Assembly: GCA_016297265.1 (NCBI GenBank)
Contig: JAEDHB010000001.1
Coordinates: 79,681 to 143,680, forward strand
From: Butyrivibrio sp.
GTDB lineage: Bacteria; Bacillota; Clostridia; Lachnospirales; Lachnospiraceae
DNA length: 64,000 nucleotides
Direction of reading: 5' to 3'
Part shown: in pieces, positions 58,924-64,000 of the stretch
How positions within the stretch are numbered: position 1 is the first letter of the stretch
Layout: every line of letters begins with the position of its first letter
Position numbers and translations under genes: made by a program
The notes under the pieces: generated by a model
The model's input: the letters and a program-made list of their open reading frames with translations, nothing else
What the model was told of the DNA's origin: nothing
Databases searched by the model: none

Positions 58924-61900
58924 TTATACATGCCAGATATCTTCGTTATACTGTGCAATCGTTCTGTCCGATGAAAAGAATCCGGCTTTTGCAATATTGG
59001 TGAGCATCTTTTTAGCCCACTCGGTACGGTTTTCATAATCCGCAAGTGCAATTTCTTTTACCCTGATATAATCTTTTATGTCAAGCAATGTCATAAACCA
59101 GTCCTTCTTAATCAACTCAGCGTGGAGTCTTAAGAGTGTCTCTGCGTCGCCGACCTTCATTACAGGCGCACTGATAATGAAGTCAACCATGTTTTTAATT
59201 TCAGCATCTTCGATATAAAATTTCTTTGCGGAGTAATCCATTTTTGCGTAATGTTCAATTACCGTATCGCTGTCCTCGCCGAAGAAGTAGATATTATCTT
59301 CGCCCACCAGTTCTCCGATTTCGACATTTGCGCCGTCCTTGGTTCCGAGGGTAACTGCGCCGTTAAGCATAAATTTCATATTGCCGGTTCCCGATGCTTC
59401 CTTGGAAGCAAGGGAAATCTGTTCAGATATATCACAGGCAGGAATGATTTTTGCGGCTTTTGAAACATTGTAATTTTCAACCATAACAATCTTAAGATAC
59501 GGACTTACCTCAGGGTCGTTGTTAATTACCTCCTGCAGACAGAGAATCAAATGAATGATATCCTTTGCAATAACATATGCCGGAGCCGCCTTTGCTCCAA
59601 AAATAGTTGTAATCGGTGTTTTAGGAAGCTTTCCGCTCTTGATTTCAAAATACTTATGAATAACCCACAGCACATTCATCTGCTGGCGTTTGTATTCATG
59701 CAATCTCTTAACCTGTATGTCGAAAATTGAATTACAGTCAATCTCAAGCCCCTGCGTTGCCTTAAGATAATCTGCAAGCTCTTTCTTTTTAACAGCTTTA
59801 ATGTCTAAAATTTCCTTCAAAGCTTTCTCATCATCCCTGTATTTCATGAGTTCTTCAAGCTTATCCGCATCTTTTTTGAAGCCATCGCCGATTGTTGCCT
59901 CAATGAAACCGGAAAGAGGTTCATTGCAATGCATAAGCCATCTTCTGAAAGTGATTCCGTTTGTTTTATTATTGAATTTTTCAGGATATATCCTGTAAAA
60001 ATTATTGAGCTCGGTATTCTTAAGTATCTCTGTATGAAGGTATGCAACACCGTTAACGCTGTGTCCGTAATGGATATCCATATGTGCCATATGCACCCTG
60101 TCACTGTCGTCAATAATATATACTGTTTTGTCATCATATTTTGCGCGTACTTTTTCATCAAGCTTTTTGATAATCGGCACAAGTTGAGGAACTACTGTCT
60201 CCAGATATTTCAAAGGCCATTTCTCAAGTGCTTCCGCAAGTATTGTATGATTGGTATATGCACATGTATCTGTGACAATCTCCACTGCCTCGTCAAATTC
60301 AATGTCATTTTCCATAAGCAGTCTTATAAGCTCAGGAATTACCATTGAAGGATGTGTATCGTTAATCTGAATTGCAGCATAATCAGCAAGGTCGTGCAGA
60401 TTACTGCCCTTCCTGATGCATTCATCGAGAATAAGGCGTGCACCGTTGCTTACCATAAAATACTGCTGATATATTCTCAGAAGATTTCCTGCTTCATCGC
60501 TGTCGTCCGGATAGAGGAACAAAGTAAGATTTTTCTCAATATTTTCCTTGTCAAACCAGATTGAATCCCCTTCAATGATGCTCTCGTCAACGGATTCAAG
60601 GTCAAAAAGATGAAGCTTGTTGGTGGTATTGTTATATCCTGTAACATCAATGTCATAAAGTCTTGATTTCACTTTAAATCTGCCGAATTCCACATCATAG
60701 CTGACATCCGTTTTCGTAAACCAGCCCTCCTTCTCCATCCATGGATTTGGAGTCTCCTTCTGAAAATTATTTTCAAATACCTGCCTGAAAAGCCCCATAT
60801 GGTAGTTCAGACCGATTCCGTCGCCGTTGATTCCCAGCGAAGCCCTTGAATCAAGGAAACATGCAGCCAGACGACCCAGTCCGCCATTTCCAAGAGATGG
60901 CTCCGGTTCAACCTCCTCAATCTCATAGAGACTCTTGCCGTTTTCCTCAAGTTCTTTCTTAACGTCGTCGAATATACCGAGGTTGATGAGATTGTTGGAC
61001 AAAAGCTTTCCGATAAGGAACTCTGCAGAAATATAATAAACTTTCTTCCCGGAATCGTTGGTAGCCTTGTCAGCTGCAAGCTTTTTGGTCATTTCCAAAA
61101 GTGCAAAATACAATTCCTCATTGGTACACTCTGCAATTTTTTTGTTGTATCTGTTTTCGCAAATATCTGTTAACATAAATTCCTCCCTGTGAAAATAATT
61201 CTTTGATTTACTTCTGCCCGACATCAGCGAAAGCATTCTGAGTTTCTGTCTGATTTCCGCGGAAAATTCTCCGTCGAGCATACGCCACTTCCAATTATCG
61301 CCAAGCGTTGACGGCGTGTTAATTCTTGCGGAATTGTCTTTTGCAAGCAAATCCTGCATTGTAATGATTGCCGTATCCGACACGCTTAAATATGCGCATT
61401 TTATCATGGCATCAACTATTTCATCATCCTTCTCAAGTCCAAAATAATCCTTGATGTAGGTTTTGGTGTTGCTGTCAATATTTTCAACAAATCCTGCCGT
61501 AGTCTCATTGTCATGAGTACCGATATATACCACAGTATTTTTATCAAAATTATGTGGCAAATGGTCATTCTCCGTACCGCCATCAAAGCCAAACTGCAGC
61601 ACCTTCATTCCGGGATATCCGGACTGAGCAATCAATTCGCGGACCTGTGGAACCACCACCCCGAGATCCTCAGCAATCACTTTGGCATCTCCCATTGCAC
61701 TGTCAATGGCTCTAATCAGCTTTATGCCGGGGCCCATCGCATAGAAACCATCCTTGGGCTCCTTTTCAAGCGGAATGTTGTAATATCTTACAATTCCGAT
61801 GAAATGATCAATCCTTGTAACATCATAAAGTTTTGCGGCGGTAGCCATTCTTTTTTTCCACCACGCAAAGTCATCTTCTTCCATTGCCTTCCAGTCGTAG

Positions 61901-62694
61901 ATTGGATTTCCCCATTTCTGTCCGTAGGATGAAAAAGCATCCGGCGGACATCCTGCTACGTTGATAGGCTTCCATTCCTCATCCAGCTGATACTGCTCAT
62001 GATTGGTCCACACATCGGCACTGTCAAGAGCAACATAAATCGGAATATCCCCAATTATCTGAATGCCGTTTGAATTGGCATATTCCTTCAGATTAATCCA
62101 CTGTTCATAGAACTTAAATTGCAGAAATTCGTGAAACTCAATATCCTCATTAAGCTCTCTTTCGTATCTGCTTATGGCCGCAGGACTGCGGAATTTGATA
62201 TCGTCCTCCCATTTAAGCCATTCCTCATTGTTATGTGCAACCTTAATTGCCATGAACAAAGCATAATCATGAAGCCAGAAGCTGTTTTCTTCAATGAAAT
62301 CCGCAAAAGCCTTTGTATTTCTGTGTCCTGATTTCTTAAATGCCTCTCTCAGCACATCAAACCTCTCGTTGTAGATGACATCATATTCAACATACTGTGG
62401 CGAGGTGCACCATTTTACGCTTTCCACACGCTCCCGCGAAAGAATGCCCTCCTCAATCAGCATATCAAGGTCGATAAAATACGGATTACCCGCAAATGCC
62501 GAAAAAGACTGATAAGGGCTGTCGCCATAGCTTGTTGGTCCGATTGGAAGCACCTGCCAGTAGCTCTGTCCCGACCGCTTCAATTCATCAATGAATTCGT
62601 ATGCTTTTTTTCCGAATGTTCCTATACCGTAAGGTGAAGGAATACTGCTTACAGGGAGCAGAATACCTGCTCCGCGAGAAAGTTCTTTTCCCAT
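58924..62694 (-). CDS. malQ-glgP: Fused 4-alpha-glucanotransferase (GH77) and glycogen/maltodextrin phosphorylase (GT35)
   Basis: Residues 1 to about 495: [33 protein letters not shown]. Residues 507-1256: [37 protein letters not shown]. Confidence 0.92.
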   Translation of the reverse strand: MGKELSRGAGILLPVSSIPSPYGIGTFGKKAYEFIDELKRSGQSYWQVLPIGPTSYGDSPYQSFSAFAGNPYFIDLDMLIEEGILSRERVESVKWCTSPQYVEYDVIYNERFDVLREAFKKSGHRNTKAFADFIEENSFWLHDYALFMAIKVAHNNEEWLKWEDDIKFRSPAAISRYERELNEDIEFHEFLQFKFYEQWINLKEYANSNGIQIIGDIPIYVALDSADVWTNHEQYQLDEEWKPINVAGCPPDAFSSYGQKWGNPIYDWKAMEEDDFAWWKKRMATAAKLYDVTRIDHFIGIVRYYNIPLEKEPKDGFYAMGPGIKLIRAIDSAMGDAKVIAEDLGVVVPQVRELIAQSGYPGMKVLQFGFDGGTENDHLPHNFDKNTVVYIGTHDNETTAGFVENIDSNTKTYIKDYFGLEKDDEIVDAMIKCAYLSVSDTAIITMQDLLAKDNSARINTPSTLGDNWKWRMLDGEFSAEIRQKLRMLSLMSGRSKSKNYFHREEFMLTDICENRYNKKIAECTNEELYFALLEMTKKLAADKATNDSGKKVYYISAEFLIGKLLSNNLINLGIFDDVKKELEENGKSLYEIEEVEPEPSLGNGGLGRLAACFLDSRASLGINGDGIGLNYHMGLFRQVFENNFQKETPNPWMEKEGWFTKTDVSYDVEFGRFKVKSRLYDIDVTGYNNTTNKLHLFDLESVDESIIEGDSIWFDKENIEKNLTLFLYPDDSDEAGNLLRIYQQYFMVSNGARLILDECIRKGSNLHDLADYAAIQINDTHPSMVIPELIRLLMENDIEFDEAVEIVTDTCAYTNHTILAEALEKWPLKYLETVVPQLVPIIKKLDEKVRAKYDDKTVYIIDDSDRVHMAHMDIHYGHSVNGVAYLHTEILKNTELNNFYRIYPEKFNNKTNGITFRRWLMHCNEPLSGFIEATIGDGFKKDADKLEELMKYRDDEKALKEILDIKAVKKKELADYLKATQGLEIDCNSIFDIQVKRLHEYKRQQMNVLWVIHKYFEIKSGKLPKTPITTIFGAKAAPAYVIAKDIIHLILCLQEVINNDPEVSPYLKIVMVENYNVSKAAKIIPACDISEQISLASKEASGTGNMKFMLNGAVTLGTKDGANVEIGELVGEDNIYFFGEDSDTVIEHYAKMDYSAKKFYIEDAEIKNMVDFIISAPVMKVGDAETLLRLHAELIKKDWFMTLLDIKDYIRVKEIALADYENRTEWAKKMLTNIAKAGFFSSDRTIAQYNEDIWHV

Positions 62695-62813
62695 TTGAAT
62701 ACCTCAAATTAATTAATATTAACTTAATACTATCATTATACATAATACTTTTCTTGCAAAATATAAGCAAAATATAGTACAATACTATCATCTTTATCGG
62801 AAAGGATGCCAAT

Positions 62814-63695
62814 ATGAAGACTTTTCTCAAGGAAAACTATTACGAAAATATCATACATGTAAGCAACGATTTTCCCTTTAACATATATCCCTGCAGAATT
62901 CCTGAGGATTTTATTGAGGTTCCCCTGCACTGGCACAATGAAATGGAAATAATCTACATCAAGGAAGGAAATGGGCTCATCAGCCTTGATTTTGAAAGCT
63001 TTGAAGTCACATCCGGGGACATAATCATTGTGAAGCCCGGACAGCTTCACGGAATATCCCGAAACAAAGACCACGGAATGGACTACGAAAATATTATTTT
63101 TTCGCTGGATATGTTTTTCAGCGGCTTTAAAGACAGTTTATGGATTGAATTGTTCAACCCTCTCCGAAACGGAAATATTGCATTCAAACAGATTTTAAGC
63201 AGAGGCGACAGAAATTATGACAGCTTTGCAGCACCCCTGGACCGATGCGATGAAATATGCAGCACCTTTCCAAGCGGCTACAAATTTGCCGTAAAGGGCA
63301 GCCTATACAACTTCTTTTTCGCGCTTTCGCAGAATTGCAGCATCACCAAAGCCTCATCCAACGATTATCAGGGTGAGCGCATGCGTTCAATCATCAAGTT
63401 TATTGAGGATAATTATTCACGCAAAATAACCATCGGTGATGCCGCCAGGCACTGCAATATTGCACCCTCGTCGTTTATGAGATTTTTCAAGAAAAATACA
63501 AGAATGTCCTTTGTCGACTATCTCAACAATTATCGCATTTCAATCGCATCCAAAGAACTTCTGGACAAAAACAAAACCGTAACTGAAATTGCCAACAGCT
63601 GCGGTTTTGATAACATTTCATATTTCAACAGATTATTCCGGGCAAAATATCATCTGACCCCGGGTGAATATCGTCGCAAACAACCTACTTCCTGA
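62814..63695 (+). CDS. AraC-family transcriptional regulator
   Basis: Cupin motif LHWHNEMEI; C-terminal double HTH (CGFDNISYFNRLF...TPGEYR). Confidence 0.93.
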   Translation: MKTFLKENYYENIIHVSNDFPFNIYPCRIPEDFIEVPLHWHNEMEIIYIKEGNGLISLDFESFEVTSGDIIIVKPGQLHGISRNKDHGMDYENIIFSLDMFFSGFKDSLWIELFNPLRNGNIAFKQILSRGDRNYDSFAAPLDRCDEICSTFPSGYKFAVKGSLYNFFFALSQNCSITKASSNDYQGERMRSIIKFIEDNYSRKITIGDAARHCNIAPSSFMRFFKKNTRMSFVDYLNNYRISIASKELLDKNKTVTEIANSCGFDNISYFNRLFRAKYHLTPGEYRRKQPTS

Positions 63696-64000
63696 TTTTT
63701 TTGAGAGCGGATATTCCCGAAAAAACAGCAAATACAATTATATTCGCACATACCACACTTGCACCCGCAGGTGTGGATTTCAAGAAGGAAACCGTAATCC
63801 CTGCCATAAAGCACACAATGGAAATAATGGCAGAAAGGAGCACCACCTTCTTATATTTTTTGCATATTCTCATTGAAGAGAGACAAGGAAAAATAATCAG
63901 GCTGGAAATCAAAAGTGCGCCCATCATCTTCATGCCGACAACAACGGTCAAAGCCGTCAGCACTGCCAGAATACCATTGTAAAATCCGGCTTTTACGCCT
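63685..64000 (-). CDS. Metal (Zn/Mn) ABC transporter permease, ZnuB-like (5' end outside the window)
   Basis: VVVGMKMMGALLISSLIIFP, STPAGASVV; 3' end overlaps the araC 3' end by 11 nt. Confidence 0.8.
   Translation of the reverse strand, partial: GVKAGFYNGILAVLTALTVVVGMKMMGALLISSLIIFPCLSSMRICKKYKKVVLLSAIISIVCFMAGITVSFLKSTPAGASVVCANIIVFAVFSGISALKKIRK

Noticed and set aside
29..63982. Numerous short ORFs antisense to or overlapping the long genes (e.g. 47333-48091 +, 33536-34168 +, 22816-23421 +)
   Set aside because: They are shadows of recognisable genes and show no RBS or family motif
1..64000. CRISPR arrays, IS elements, prophage, rRNA, riboswitches
   Set aside because: No regularly spaced repeats, transposase or phage genes, or recognisable riboswitch cores seen by eye; an Rfam scan would be needed to exclude small RNAs

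Overview
Core chromosomal segment of a low-GC Bacillota (Firmicutes) anaerobe; gene content and order point to Lachnospiraceae. Almost all genes are on the minus strand. It contains a partial his operon with a HisA-HisI fusion, an RNA-modification/small alarmone synthetase operon, recG-rsmD, fakA/asp23/rpmB, sporulation-type genes (ylbJ, gerW/ytfJ), lysA-cinA-pgsA-rimO, rny-recX-recA, a secreted nuclease paired with a degenerate DHFR-fold protein, tRNA-Glu(CTC), an HD hydrolase, and the pyrH-frr-uppS-cdsA-dxr-rseP-ispG-polC operon headed by a CE4 deacetylase and a bactofilin. It also has a MacB-like ABC transporter, a coaD-thl-crt-hbd-bcd-etfB-etfA butyrate operon with a Rex box, a MalQ-GlgP fusion that keeps an internal RBS, an AraC regulator and a metal ABC permease. 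I saw no mobile element, CRISPR array or defence island. The best leads are the MalQ-GlgP fusion with an internal start, coaD moved into the Rex-boxed butyrate operon, the deacetylase-bactofilin module, the DHFR-like/nuclease pair, the HisA-HisI fusion without HisE, and a 49-aa membrane ORF missed by the ORF track that sits behind a sigmaE-like promoter. All calls come from reading motifs by eye; no database searches were run, so novelty is unverified.
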